A stretch of 64,000 nt of DNA from Rhizophagus irregularis. Its lineage: Eukaryota. A program made the translations under genes and the position numbers. The notes under the pieces are model-generated. The model did no database searches, was not told the DNA's origin, and saw only the letters and a program-made list of their open reading frames with translations. The stretch lies in assembly GCF_026210795.1 (NCBI RefSeq), contig NC_089434.1, positions 620,001 through 684,000 of the forward strand, given 5' to 3'. Below, piece by piece: positions 1 through 14,039 of this stretch. Every line of letters begins with the position of its first letter. Position 1 is the stretch's first letter.

Positions 1-1567
1 TGAAAGTTAATATAAATATTCATCAAAAAATATTTATACTCTTAATAATGTATAAAAATCTATGTTCATATTTATTTTTTTTTTATACTTGACGACAAAA
101 CGAACATTTTCCATTTTTACTCATAATTAGTGAATTAAGTAAATGTTCATCGACTAATCAGTAGAAATGATGTAAAAGAACATATATGTTGGATATTAGT
201 TGGATATTGGAAATGAAAATTTAATAACGATAATTGCCGGAACGAAGCGAAGGAATTATTTCTATACTTTCTTGTGATAAAACATGCATTTTCATTTCAT
301 CAATCCACTTTCCACTTATATTTTCTAATTTCTTTTTGAATGATACTAGCGCGACATTTTTCCATTTTCCTGGTAAATAATGGTTTATTTTAAATAATAT
401 ATTATAACAAGCAGAAAATAATTCTAGGAGGTAGAAGACTTCATTTAATTTATTTGGTTCTAATACTAAAATTATTAAAGAATATTTCGTAAAGTGCAAT
501 TAAAAAGGGCAAGGAGATGGTTGTGACTTGTGAGAAATATTTAAGGAACCTATATTTTTTTGATTGTTGCGCTGTTATAGTAGTTGATCACGCGCCTACT
601 ACAGTATATACTATAAATAAAATTCTTTGTATACAATATACTTTAAATGACGTAAGAAAATAAAAATCTAGTGTAGTTGAATAGAAAGTTTCCCCGTTAA
701 CGATGAATATCTTTTTATTTTTTAGGAGTACTATGAGGATAGTACTCAGTTTTCTTTATTTAATGTTACATTTTCTTTTGCATAATTGGTTTTTATTTCC
801 CTTCCCCTTCCTCTTATCCTTGAATAATAGTAGGTTGTCTGAGGTGTAGTTGGAGGTTATATTTGATAGTTCACTTATATTTATTTTTTTAGGTAAAATG
901 TGCGTCCAAAGGTTGGCGTGGTAGGAAAATGGTACCTGTTAGGCAGTGTTACCAGGGCTTATGTTGGGTTTATGAATAATTACAGTTATACTAAAGATTT
1001 AGGATTCTATATGTTTTGTAACCACATTTTGTTTTCCAATAGTATAAATAAATAAATGATATAAATACTTTTAAATGAAGTTAATTGAGCAAATTAATTT
1101 TATCAACTTTTACCTCACAATAATTGTCACATTGCAAGTTATTTATATCAATTCTATCTACTTCAAGAAAATTCTATATGTTACGAGATTTCACTTGTTT
1201 TAATATAGGATTGTAGCGTTGCCGGTTGGTCAAATAGAAGCAATTTTAAGCAGAATAATTTTTACAAAAAACCTAATAATTTATATTTGTAATTTATTAT
1301 ATGAATGAACTATTTAAGTTACAAACTAAGAAATTGTAAGACAGAATCTTACTACTCTAGACTTAGTGTTTAAATAGTAATTCAATAAAAAAAAATAAAA
1401 ATAAAAATAAAATCAAAAAGAAAGAGAAAGAGAAAAGAATAAAAATAGCTAATTTTCATTGAAATTTAATTTAATATGTGAAAAAAATTAAATATCACTG
1501 GAGATTAAAATCTAGGTTAGATTTCACAGGATACATCAACGTGACAAAATTCTTAAAAATAGTAAAA

Positions 1568-3876
1568 TTACAATTTATCGATATCTAATTATTTAAAGTA
1601 AATTTAATAAATTAGTAATTCTAAAATATTATTATTTTAGGAGAAAATATTTACCATCAGGAATTTCCAACTCATCTTGTTCTTCTGAGTGAAGATTCGG
1701 ATTATTGTGTATTTCAACTTCATCTATGAAACAAAAAATAATATATAATTACTTATTATCTAAAAATTTTTAATAAATAAATAATAGTTTGCCTACCATC
1801 AATATCACCAGTTTGTGGCTGTTGTATTGTATCTCTATAATATTTATTTTGTATATCTACTATTGTTAAATAAAATATCATTTAATAAACACTTATTTTA
1901 TAAATAATCTCTAATTTGAGTATTTATTTTTTTAACGTTAATATTTTACTCACCACTTTTTGAATTTACTCGTAATTTTTTAAACCCTTTGGTCAATCTT
2001 GTACTACCAGCTAAAATTAAGAGATTAATAATAGTAAGTATTAAACATAAATTGAATATTTATTCTTATTTAAAATTACCTTCAATAACATTACTATTTC
2101 TTTTGTTATTCTGGTTACTTGATTGGCCAAAATCATCAACTAAAAATAAAATAATTATTTAATATTATACCATTATATAAAATTCAACATAAACTTAAAA
2201 ACACTTCACTTACTATTTTTTGGAATACTAAAGTCATATAATTTGCTATGAAATGCTATTAAATAAACAGATTATTTTCAATTATTAATGATTATTAATT
2301 ATTTTTTAATAAGAATAAGTATTTAATTATGTTACCTTCTTGTTCTTCTGTTATTATTTAAATAAATTAAAAAAGTTTGTATTATTAGTAACTAATAAGG
2401 ATTAAATAGTTAACAAATATTGATAAATTATACCTTCTGTTGTATTTTTTGGTTCAGGTAAATTTTCAAAATGAATTTTACTTGTAAATAATTTACTACT
2501 TGTGTTTGAATTTATTTCTTCGTCTATTTTTGCTTTTAGTTGAGGCAATTCATTTGGGTTATTTTGATAATGTATCTTAATTTCTCTTATTTCCCCTAAA
2601 AGCATATTAATATCAGGTCTTTTTAATGGATCAGCATCCCAGCATTGTTCCATTAAATTTTTATATTTCAAAGGAATTTCTGATATAATTTTTGGTCTTA
2701 TACCATTAATTATATTAAGTGCAAGATCATAATCATGTTCATGATTTATAAATGGTGGTTTTCCATATGAAATTTCCCACATAAGCATAGCAATACTATA
2801 AATATCAGATTTGAAAGTATATTCTTTTCCATTAAGTACTTCGGGTGCTATGTAAGGGAGATTTCCATATATACTTGTTGATGGTTTATCTGCAGGACCA
2901 CAAAATCCAAGATCACTAATCTGCCAATTATCATCAAATTGTGAATATAATATATTTCCAGAATGCAAATCTCTATGAATTGAATTTTCTTTATGAATAT
3001 AATCAAGTGCACCAATTATTATAGAAGTAATATTAATTTTTTCTTTCCATGTAAGTTTGTTATGATTTTGTAGTAAATATTCTCTTAAGTTAATATCCAT
3101 TATATCTAGTACTAGCATATAATTTCCATTTGATGGATTTTGTGTTAAACCATAACATCGAACAATTTCTGTAGTTTTGTTACTTATAGTTAAATGTGAT
3201 TTAGCCTATAAGAAAATAATTTAGTAAGTAACCTTCAATAATAAAGAATTTAAATATAAGCTTTTAAATATTTTTTATTACGAACCTCTTCAAACCAACT
3301 TTGATTCGCACTTTCAACATTTTCTAATCTTTTGAGTACTGCATCATGCTCTCCAAATCTTTTTAATTGTTGCTTTCTAGAATCCCAATCTTCATATCTT
3401 CCATCAACCCAAGTTGCTGTGTAAATTTCAGAAAATCCACCTTTTGTTAGGTATTCAATACTTTGTAAATTATTATATGGAATCCATTCAATTATATTAT
3501 TTGGCGTGAGTGCTTCTGATTGACATTTTTGTATTAAATTATCTATATCATTATTTCCAGATGTCCAACTTGAAAATTTTGCCTTTAAATAATTTTGGAC
3601 ACAATATTCACAGTATAATGTAGCCAAGCATTTTTGGTTACAATTTTCACAAATTCTTCTTGTCCCTGAATTATTAGTAATTTTTTCTCTGTCATATAAT
3701 TTACTATTTATTCTTATTGCTTCAGTTTTTTCATCATTTGTAAGAGAACTATCAGCAAGAATCGTTTGTTTAATAAATTCACGCCATTTGTGGATATCAT
3801 TATAAATATTATAATCAATTGAATCAATTGCTCTATTGATTGTCGCATAGACTAAATCTCTTCGAATAGCAGACAT
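1568..3876 (-). CDS. TKL-family Ser/Thr/Tyr protein kinase with N-terminal CxxC zinc-ribbon/WTSGN module; about 9 exons
   Basis: Motifs KGGFSEIY, VLK, HRDLHSGN, SDLG, YIAPE, DIYS. GT-AG introns join exons 3876-3286, 3205-2434, 2347-2336 (12-nt micro-exon), 2255-2214, 2139-2080, 2010-1954, 1856-1797, 1723-1655 and a probable last exon ending at TAA 1568. The last exon is uncertain. Confidence 0.9.
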
Positions 3877-4545
3877 AGTTTATTAAGCTTTTAGTTTATT
3901 AAAAAAAATTATTTAGAGTGTAAAATACATAGAGCACAAAGAAAAAATTCGGTAACAAAGTTAAACAGGGAAATATGTGTAACTATCAAATTAGTATTGT
4001 CTACTGATCTACCTCGCACATGTGGTTGCAGCATAATTTTTGGTTTGTGTAAACTTAAGGCACAATGCCAAGAAATGAATATTCTGTATTAGAAAAAAAT
4101 GAATTAAACACACAAATAACAAAAATTGTTAAATGAAGACTATTTACAAACATATAATACTTATTTAATTTTAGACCTTTCTAAATTGAGAAAATCTGCC
4201 AGGTGATCTTGCTTCAATCCTACATTAAACGCAATTTCTTAAAATCCCATAACTCAATAAGTTTTAAACTTTACAATGAATGTATTACTGTATTCTGTTT
4301 CTGAAAAAATTTTAATACTCGCTGTACAATACAAAAAAATGTGTATATCAAAATTGTTGTCTTTTTTTGTATACTTGATATGGTAATAGTTTAATTATTT
4401 AATTACTTTATATGTAAGAAAATTATAAATTTTGTTTTATTAAAACAAATGTAAAAGTTATATGTATGTAATATATTTATGATAATGTCTATGAATCAAA
4501 CGTAGACCTATTTAAACAATTATATTCTGTGACCACGCTTTATAA

Positions 4546-7500
4546 GGCCACGCAAATTCGATTTTTCGGTTCACGTCACCCGGCCGGGTCACTTTTTCAA
4601 ATTTCAATAAAAAAAATTTTATATATAAAAATTTTATCACGTGACTACGATATGCAATTTTATTGATGCGTTAAGCTTTATTGAATTATTACAACTAATT
4701 AGTCTCAACATTTTTTTGTTTACTTGATTTTACAAATTTCTTTTCTTTTCTTTTTCTCTTTTTATTTTCGTCTGACATACTATCACAGTCTTCACAATAT
4801 GGAAAATATTCACCATGATTAGTAGTATTGTGTTCTTCACATTCTACACCACAATTAAAGCAAAGGACTTCTTTAAATAATCTACTTGAATAATATGGAA
4901 TTTCAATAGGACTATTACATGTTAAAGTGTTATTAACTTTAACAATAGAGAATAATTTCTTCATAGAATCATTTGTGTCATTAGAAGCTATGTCATAAAA
5001 ACTATCACCACATGTATATTGAATTTCGTCTAAAAATCTTGCCAGTTCTTCACTTTCTTGTAAAGCTAACTTTGATTTTGAATAAATTACACGCCATTTA
5101 TCACATTCCCCACATTGAATAAGAGTGCCTACATTTTTACAACATTGTGCACTAGGTTTAAACCCCATCTCATTATTTGAATTTTTTTTATCTTTTAATG
5201 AGGGCCTATATTCTTCTGATGTTTCCTGACCATACAATTCTTCAAAGCTTTTATATTTTTTACCATCCAAAGATGGAATTGGATCAGGAAAGTTATGAAC
5301 TTTGAGCCAAGTTTCAGAATCACATCTTACGGGTTTACATATATGGCAATCTAACGATCCACACTTTTTAATTTCAAAAAAATAATGTCGTGATCTACAA
5401 CAATGGTTGTAAAATTCCAAAAATTTAATTTTATTTTGAATACTTCTTTTTGAATTATCTTCCATTGTTAAAAGATTATCAATTGAAAGAAGCGAATTCC
5501 ATAATGTAGTCATTTCTTCATCAAAGGCTGCTTTAAAAGTACCAAATGGTTCTCCCTTCAATTCAAGTCTCTTAATTAAATTTTCCATTAATTCAAGAGT
5601 AGGTTGTAAACTATTTAATAGTTGTTCTTTTAATTGTGGTTCTTCTTCAGCTTTATTTCGGATATCATCCATTGAATTACAATATTTCATAATCTCTTCA
5701 AACTCTTCATCCATTTCTGCTCTCATTAATCCTATACACTGTAATCCTAGATTTAAAATAGACATTATACGTTCTACAGGATTTTTCCAGGAATGTCCTG
5801 GTGGTGTACGCACTGCTATCAATAAATCTAAATCTAGTGTAATAAATAAAGCAATTAAAGAAAGTTGGACTCTTAAATAATTAACACGATGATCAGGGCC
5901 ACCATCTGTGTAAATTAATAAAAATGGATTTTGCTGTTTATCATTTGCAAGTAAATTATACAATTCTGAATTATGTCGCATTGGACTAGATGGTTGAAAA
6001 ATTGGATCTTTTAACCCTGCATAAACTTTACCTTGATAGAAAGAATCTTCTATATTCATTGGTATATCACAAAACATTGTAACACTAGGAATAATTCCAC
6101 ATTTCGTAAAATCATGATCACTAACAACAAAAGACTTATTGCATGAAACTATTACTTGTTTTCCTCTTTCAACGGCAGCAACTGGATAGCCAGGTTCTCC
6201 AACCTTACATCTGTGTTTGTCATCCATAAAAACCAACCATGAATAATCCTTAAAAGTAATAGCTAATTCTTTCAGATATCAAAATAATGCTGAAGCATAA
6301 TGACTGTCAATATGATTACATCGTAATTGTCTACTTTGTACCATAAATTTAGCATCTAATTTCCCAGTATATTTCAAACTTGATAGGTAAGTTGGATTAC
6401 GTGGCCAAAATTGTAATCTTACCCATTGTTCTGATGGTATCTCTGTATCTGGTGGACATAAATTTGTTACTTGTTGGCGCAAATCACGTATTGAAATGGC
6501 TTGTGCTAAATGTTGAATTGTATCATGTCTTCTTTCATCCACCGCCAATATAGTTTCATTTACAGTATTTTCAAAATATTTTTGTGCATAACTCCAAAAA
6601 GTGTCAAATTTATTTGTCAAACCTCCATTAAGATGCCTAAGATCTGAAATAAATTCTGGATCACCTAATTCAATCATTATATCAACCCTTTCATCTACTT
6701 TTTGAGAAGCTGAATTCTCAGATGCAGAAAAATCACCAAGTAGATCAGAAATAATATGACGAAGTCTTGATTTTTCGCATTTTCCTACGTGTAGTTCAAA
6801 ATTTTCAATTAATTCTTTTTTCATTGCTCGGGTATGAAATATTTTCAATTGGGCTTTTAATTTTGTTCGGATCTTATAGTTCTTGTTAACTATTTCTGTC
6901 TCATTAGCATTTGGATTAATCTTCCATATATATACTGCATTTTGTGCTGAACCATGATGGTACTTATACAACCCAACTTTAAATAAAAAAGCCATATTCA
7001 ATCCTTCAATAAACCTATGCCTTCTCATTCTTTCATTAGGACAAAACTCATTCACATTAACAGGCTCCCAAAATTCTACTTCTTCTAATTTATTAGTTAA
7101 AGAACAATATTTATTTATATTTGCTGGATTACGCCAAATATTTGCTGAATAAATTTCCATAGATCCTGCTTCCATTTCGTCAACTATAGGAATTAATGAA
7201 TTTTTTATTTCCTTACTTCGAATTTGTTGATGTTCTAAATATTCTGAATATTTAGCCAGGATTTCACCAAATTTAGCTAAAGATTCTTTTAGCCAGTTAA
7301 ACCTACTTTGTTGCATCCAATTTAATTCAACATAATTAAGTATTTTTTTGCTTTGTTGAGTTAATTCTTCAGAACTAAATTTTGGTCTTGAGCTTTTATA
7401 GTTTTCTGGAAATGATCTTCCAAAAAATTCATAAAAAGTTACAGGAATCTTAAACTTTTGATCCAATGTTTCTGCAGAACGACTATCGACGTACCATAGC

Positions 7501-8200
7501 GCACTTGCCAAATCTGTTACGAATTTTTTTCCAATACTATCTGCAGCATCCTTTCCTTTCCATCCGCCACCATTATTTTTAACCCAATTAGATAAATCTA
7601 ATCGCAACTTTTCCAATGCATTCCTTGGAGAGTCGTTAAATTCTGGAACAAACAGATCATTTGAACTAGCTTTTAAAATATCAAAAGCATTAATAGGATT
7701 AGAAATCCTATGAGATATCATTTCCTGTGATATGAGATAAAAATGTGCATAAATTCCATATTGAAGTGAAGCTTCCCAAGCAATGCATTGTGCTGAAATT
7801 TTTTCTCCAACTGATGTTTTTGATGGACTAAACTTCACTTCAAACTCTGCATCCCACCAATCGGGTGATAAATATAAGATCGATATATCTCCAAAAAAAT
7901 CTTTTATTTTTGTTTCTTTTTCAACAGGTAATCCTTCCCAATCTTTCAAAATTATAGATTTGTAACTTACTCGCACATGTATAATAGGCATCTTGGCTTT
8001 AAAAAAAAACTTAAGAGTGAAAAAAAAAATTGATTATCTTTAAAGGGGCAATTAATTACGATAATCACATTAAAATTGGCCAATCAGAAGTCACGGTTTT
8101 ACATATAAAATTTTTTTAATAGTAAAATATAAACCCCGGGTCCCCGGGTCGATTTTAAATTTCAATGTTACGTGAACCGAAAAATCGAATTTGTGTGGCC
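4546..8200 (-). mobile_element. Zator-like DNA transposon, full length (3655 bp)
   Basis: 31-bp TIRs GGCCAC(G/A)CAAATTCGATTTTTCGGTTCACGT at 4546-4576 and 8170-8200 with 1 mismatch. TAA on both sides (4543-4545, 8201-8203). Single transposase frame inside. GG termini and a TWA TSD fit Zator. Confidence 0.85.
4695..7991 (-). pseudogene. Zator/TP36-like DDE transposase (1098 codons) broken by one in-frame TGA
   Basis: The 570-aa and 513-aa ORFs are in the same frame: ...YASALF*YLKELAITFKDYSWLVFMDDKH..., with the stop at 6279-6281. Motifs DDKH, DHDF..IIPSV, TDGGPD and HSWKNPVERIMS resemble Zator catalytic blocks. Cys-rich C-terminus. Confidence 0.8.
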
Positions 8201-10943
8201 TAAATGATGTATTACTATAGTTTAGAACATTTATTATTTTTTCATTCATAAATTGTAAAACATATAGATAGATTCAGGAAATGATATTCGCGTTCTTGAT
8301 AGTTGAAGTACAGTAATAAATTTGTTACGAGTATTTATTTATTTATTTCCATATTGTATTGTGACAACAATAAATCACAATTCAATCACGTTATAATTAC
8401 CCATTCAGAGTTGTCACGACGTCGCGTAATTAGAAATTATTTGCAGATCATTTATCACAATATCACATTTGTCGATTAATGAAAATTTGAAATCGCATCA
8501 TCTTCACAAATTCAATTCCAAAAAAAAAAATAATTCTAATGGATAAAGATAAATCGACAACGCTATTTTGGGTATTTCATAGGATGTTGCATGTTTTATG
8601 ATTATTCAACAGATATCAGAAATTTCAAAAAGAAATATGTAAATGTTGTTTAATATTGGTTATTTTTTAACCAATATATTCATTATATTGTACTTAAATA
8701 GTCGTATTATATTCTTTATATTAAAGCCAAATATCTTTATTAGAATAATATTAGAATAACTGAAATATATAAGGCCAAATTGTAATTAACAAAAAAAAAG
8801 ATTTTTTATTTTAATTAAATAATTTGATCAAAAAGATCATTTATAAATTCAAGATGCTTGAGTTAATATTGTTAATATTTTAACTAATAATTTTTTCTTC
8901 ATTTTGAACTATGTGAATAAATAGTAAAAAATCACTGATGTGTTTGATTCATTTTCTTGATATCAATTAGTAAACTATATATATGTAAAATATGATGTAT
9001 AATAAATAACAGTAAAAGAATAATGTATAGATAAATCTTAAATATAGAAAAAGGGTTCTTGATATTTAAAAAAATCTTGGGTATTAAATAGTAATAATAT
9101 ATTTCATTATTATAATTATAAAACAATATTATTTATAACTTGTGATATAAATAAAATTAAGTTTAGCTATTAGAGCGAATATTTTATTTTTAACTTGATT
9201 TATATAATTTCAAACATTTACTTAGTAGTTACTCAAGAACAAATTGTTTGTACATTATTTTGAATAATACGTAATTATTTTTCTAAATACTTTTGAGAAA
9301 TTATGTTATAAATCAAATGTTACTTGTGAAACCAAATCAAGCCTCAGAATTTCCTTTGGAACAATTAAACAAAAAATTAAGTAATTGAAAGCATTAGTTT
9401 GTTTCTAAAGGGGTACAATTTATTATTCAATTTTTAAACAACGGAAAATGTATTAAGCATGACTAAATGATGATCAGCACCCAAAAAATGAAACCAGATG
9501 AGAACAAATTTATTGTTAACGTTATGTTAAAGACTTAACGTTAACGTTAACGAATCATAGAATCGATTTTAGAATCATTAATCGTGATTAATCGTTTCTC
9601 AAATTTCGACTTTAAATTCGATTCTTGATTCCGATTAATCATTTCTATCGATTGCGCCCATTAAATCTGCGGAAAAAGCAATTCCAATGGCAGCGGTAAC
9701 TCTGGCCAAGTTTATAATTCCGGCCAGAATTAAAGCTTTTGTGTACCTCTATTCAAATACAAAGATCCGTATATGTAACAGTGCTTTACCGGCTAGGATA
9801 AATTTATATTTCGAAAATATTATCATGAACAATCATAAATATAAAGTTTTAAAGATCATCAAGTTAATACTTTATTTAATTTTTTATAAATTATTCAAAT
9901 ATTATGATAAAATTTTAACGTGTTCGATTCAATATATAAAAATTACACATATATATCATATGATTGCTGATCTTGTGTGTTGTGTATTATAAGGTATACC
10001 TCAAATCCTCAATTACAATAATTTTAAAACCACATAATAAAAATAAAATTTGAATGTATATAAAATTACAATTTATATTACGCGAAACATTCAAAAATTT
10101 TTATTAATCAACTTAAGTAAATGCTTTATATTAAATTTAATTCAAAAAATAAGAGATCCCTCTTGAACGTTTACTGTTAACTTGTTAGTTTATTAAACAA
10201 ATAAATTTATAAAAATTAAAAAAATTCGTTTCTTTTATCATTTTATTTTTTAATATAAATCTACTACTACATAAATTATTTAATTCTTATATTTATTCTT
10301 AATATTTATTATTAATTTATCTTTGATAAATATTAAGCTCAAATATTGGATAAATTGTAAAGGAAGAACCGCGAAAAGATAAACAGTATAAAATTGTAGA
10401 CATTTAATCACGGAAAACGAAATGTAACAATGATATTTTTTGTTACAATGAGGTCTCCCATAAAAAATTTGTTATGATATTTCAAAATCTATTATGTGCC
10501 GCAGTTATTTTTGTGATTAATAATATCATATGTTTAAGTTATGCTAATATATATTCTACATTTAACTGCCGATTTAATTTTGTCGCACAAAGTTTTTTTT
10601 TTATTTATTTCTTAACTATAGTAGAATAAAATGATAAATAAATAAATAATAACACTTTTATTCTCAAAGTTGCCAGCATGAAAGTATCATCTGGTGAAAT
10701 TTTTACTTGTGAGAAAATTAACAAGAATTATTATTAAGTAGTCAATTGAATATTTAATGACAAATACGATCAACATAAATTGTTGCTATAATAGTGATAT
10801 TCTAATTTTGGAATTTTAATTCCTTTTTTATCCTTATTGACAAGCACTGCACAATATAAAGTAACGCAAATAACGCCAACAAATTCACAATATAAAAAAA
10901 AATTAAACTTGGACAAAAGAAATGAAGTTTTAGTTACAATGCA

Positions 10944-12559
10944 ATGGAAACTGAATTTAATAAATTAAATATCTCTGATGAAGATTCTAATAAAGATTCT
11001 AATTTGGAAAGCATCAGCCATAAAAATTGTTCTTATTGCAATAAATCATTTACCAAAGAATTATGGTGTAAAGAATGTGATCCATTTAGAATGATTGAAG
11101 GTTGGACTAGTGGAAATAATGATATTGATAAATTTATAAAAGACACAATTTATGATGCAAGAAATAGTGGCAGTGAATTTATTGAATGGGTACCATTTGA
11201 TAGATTTGAAGACGTAAAACAAATTGGTGAAGGTGGATTTGCAAAAGTATATTCTGCAACATGGATTGATGGTAAAACAGAATATGACAAACAAGATGAT
11301 GGAAGTTGGAAAAAGGAAGAACCTGAACCTATGAAAGTTGCTTTGAAAAGGTTAAATGGATCACAAAATATGTCAGCTGAGTACTATTTAAATGAGGTAT
11401 GTTTAATTAATAAGATAAACATATATGTATTGTTAATGACATGCTAATTTACTTAATTTTACTTAAATGAAAGCTTAAAATACATCGGAAACATTGTACA
11501 AACACTATAAGAACATTACAATTTTATGGAATAACTAAAGATCCTGAAACTGAAGAATTTATCATGATTTTAGATTTTGCAAATCAAGGAAATTTGAGAA
11601 GTTTTCTTTCAAGTAATTTCAATAAAATTTTATGGAAGGATAAAATTAAGTATTTGTTTTGGATAATAAGTAACCTTGATGATTTACATGATTTAGGGTA
11701 TTTTCATAAAGATTTTCATAGTGGAAATATATTACAAGTTAATAACGAATCCCACATATCAGATTTTGGATTATCAGGATCATCAAATAAACAGAAATCA
11801 GATAATAATAAAATATGTGGAGTACTACCATATATTGCCCCAGAAGTTTTGAATAAAGAACCATATACATTATCTTCAGATATTTATAGTTTTGGCGTAA
11901 TTATGGCTGAATTATCTTCTGGAAAACCACCTTTTTATGAAAGAAAACATGATATTAGCTTAGCATTAGAAATATGTAATGGATTCAGACCAGAATTTGG
12001 AAAAGGAACTCCTGAAATTTATAAAAAACTAGCATATAAATGTATGAATGCTAATTCAAATCAAAGACCAACAGCTGTAGAATTATATGATATAATAAGT
12101 TTTTGGAATAATTCTTTTGATGAATATTACCAAGAAAAAGAAAATTTTGGTTATAAAGAAAAAGAGATTAAGGCTATATTTGAAGAAGCTGATAAAGAAA
12201 TACCAAATATTTCTACTTCATATAAAAAAAATTCTGATGCAATATATACTAGTAGAGTATTCACATTTAACAATTTACCAAAACCTGTTAATTCATCTAT
12301 TATTACTTCATATCTTGATGATAATGAAGGTAGTATATTTAAAAAATTTATTATTTATTTTATTCCATAATTGCTCATTTTGTTTCTTTAATAGATTGTC
12401 AAGATTCACAATTATTTGACTTAGAAATATCAGGTAATATACATTATATGTTTTGTATTATATAATGAAATTTTTTGGTTAATTTTTACTTATTTATTTG
12501 AACCAGTTGATATTCCTCATCAAGCTAATGTTAATAGTGGAAGTATAAATTCTAGTTGA
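10944..12559 (+). CDS. TKL-family protein kinase, 4 exons
   Basis: GEGGFAKVY, VALK, HKDFHSGN, SDFG, YIAPE. Exons 10944-11396, 11474-12329, 12395-12433 and 12507-12559 have GT-AG boundaries and consistent phase. Confidence 0.9.
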
Positions 12560-13224
12560 AAAAATTATTGCAGCCCTAGATCTGTAATGCAAATAGTTAA
12601 ATAATACCTGTAAGAACACATTCATATATGACTCTGAGGCTTGAAAAGAAAAAATTTAGATATTTTTGTTTTTAAATGTTTTCTTGTTATTTCTGTATAA
12701 TTAATCATTCATTATTTCTAGATTATTTTAAGATATTGGTACTTTTACAATTTCAAGGTCATTTTCATTTTTCATTATCTTTAATCGTTTGGTGGTTCAA
12801 ATGATCATATTATAATTTTACGATTTTCCAATAATTTTACGATATTTGTTTTCATTTTTTCAAAATTTACGCCTTTACATTTTTATTGTTGACTTATCTA
12901 TATATATCTTGGTTTATTTATAAGCTTTATACCAATTAATATAATTAATAGTATACTCAAATATATAGAATTTAGTTTAGCCACAAGTGAAGGCGTTGTT
13001 GATCGACATGTAAGCTAAAAATGGAGAGGTCTAGATAGTATGGAAAGCCGCCATGGTCAAAAGTGCGTAGCAAAACATAGCGTGTATACGCTATGTTTTG
13101 TAGCGCATATACGTTATATTTCACGGTGGGTTACCCCTGTTCTGTCTGTTTCAGGGGTAACCTGTTGCAAAAAATAGCGTTTAATACGCTATATTTCATA
13201 GCGTTATATACGTTATATGTTATG

Positions 13225-13411
13225 ACGGGTACCCGTTATAAGAAACGGCGGGTACCTGTTATATGGAATGGCAGGTACCCGCTATAAGAAACGGCGGGTA
13301 CCTGTTATAAGGAACGGCGGGTACCCACTATAAGAAACGGTGGGTACCCGTTATAAGAAACAGCAGGTACCCGCTATAAGAAACGGCGGGTACCCGTTAT
13401 AAGAACTGGCA
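13225..13411 (+). repeat. 23-bp tandem repeat GGCGGGTACCCGTTATAAGAAAC, about 8 copies
   Basis: Read directly; each unit has a GGGTACCC palindrome. A related array (GGCGGGTACCCGATATGTGAAAC) lies at about 15033-15175. Confidence 0.9.
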
Positions 13412-13639
13412 GTCAGCATATTAACTTTTGATATCAATAATGATAATTATTTATTTAATGAAATTTTATTTGCAAATATTAAAATTTAAGTCACCCATTT
13501 ACAATTTTAAAGAAAAAAATCACCATATATTTATTTTTATTTAAGTGTAAAAATAAAAGAAACAATAACAATAAATAAAAAGGATAAGTAAATTACAATG
13601 ATCAAGGAGAAAGATGCTAATCAAAAAATGAAATAACAG

Positions 13640-13950
13640 TGGGAGTAATGGAAAGTAATAGAAGATGAAAGGTAGTAAAAAAGAGTAATGAGAAGTGATA
13701 GGAAACAAAAAGGAGAAATAGGACATAATGAGAGATGAAAAGGAGTGATGGGAGACGAAAAGAAGTGATGGGAGACAAAGAGGAGTGATAAGAAATAAAA
13801 AGGAGTTATGGGAGACAAAAAGAAGGTGAAGAGGAACGAAAAGAAGTGATGGGAAACGAAAAGAACGAAAAGGAGTGATGGTAGACGAAGAGGAGTGATG
13901 GAAGACGAAAATGAGCGATGGGAGATGAAAAGAAGTGATGGGAAGATGAA
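13640..13950 (+). repeat. About 20-bp purine-rich tandem repeat (GAGTGATGGGAGACGAAAAG-like)
   Basis: Repeated AGTGATGGGAGAC/AAAAG units visible in the sequence. Confidence 0.8.
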
Positions 13951-14039
13951 GTAAAAATTTATTAAAATTGTAAATTTAATAAAAAATTTTCCAATAAATT
14001 TTCAATCAATTTTTATAAAAAAAATTAAAAAAAAATTTC

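Noticed and set aside
221..499. 92-aa ORF
   Set aside because: No recognisable motif, TTG start, and it overlaps a degenerate dispersed repeat whose other copies are not open.
4695..7991. Two-gene PIF/Harbinger element (TWA TSD, two ORFs)
   Set aside because: The two ORFs are one frame split by a single stop. The motifs are Zator-like, and no Myb/SANT or Harbinger DDE motif is seen.
9540..9660. Cluster of GATTAATCG/AATCGAT motifs like the hAT MITE subtermini
   Set aside because: No matching TIR pair or TSD could be defined; probably an eroded MITE.
13225..13411. Regular palindrome-containing 23-bp repeats resembling a CRISPR array
   Set aside because: Units are contiguous with no unique spacers, there are no cas genes, the context is eukaryotic, and they lie inside a TIR element.
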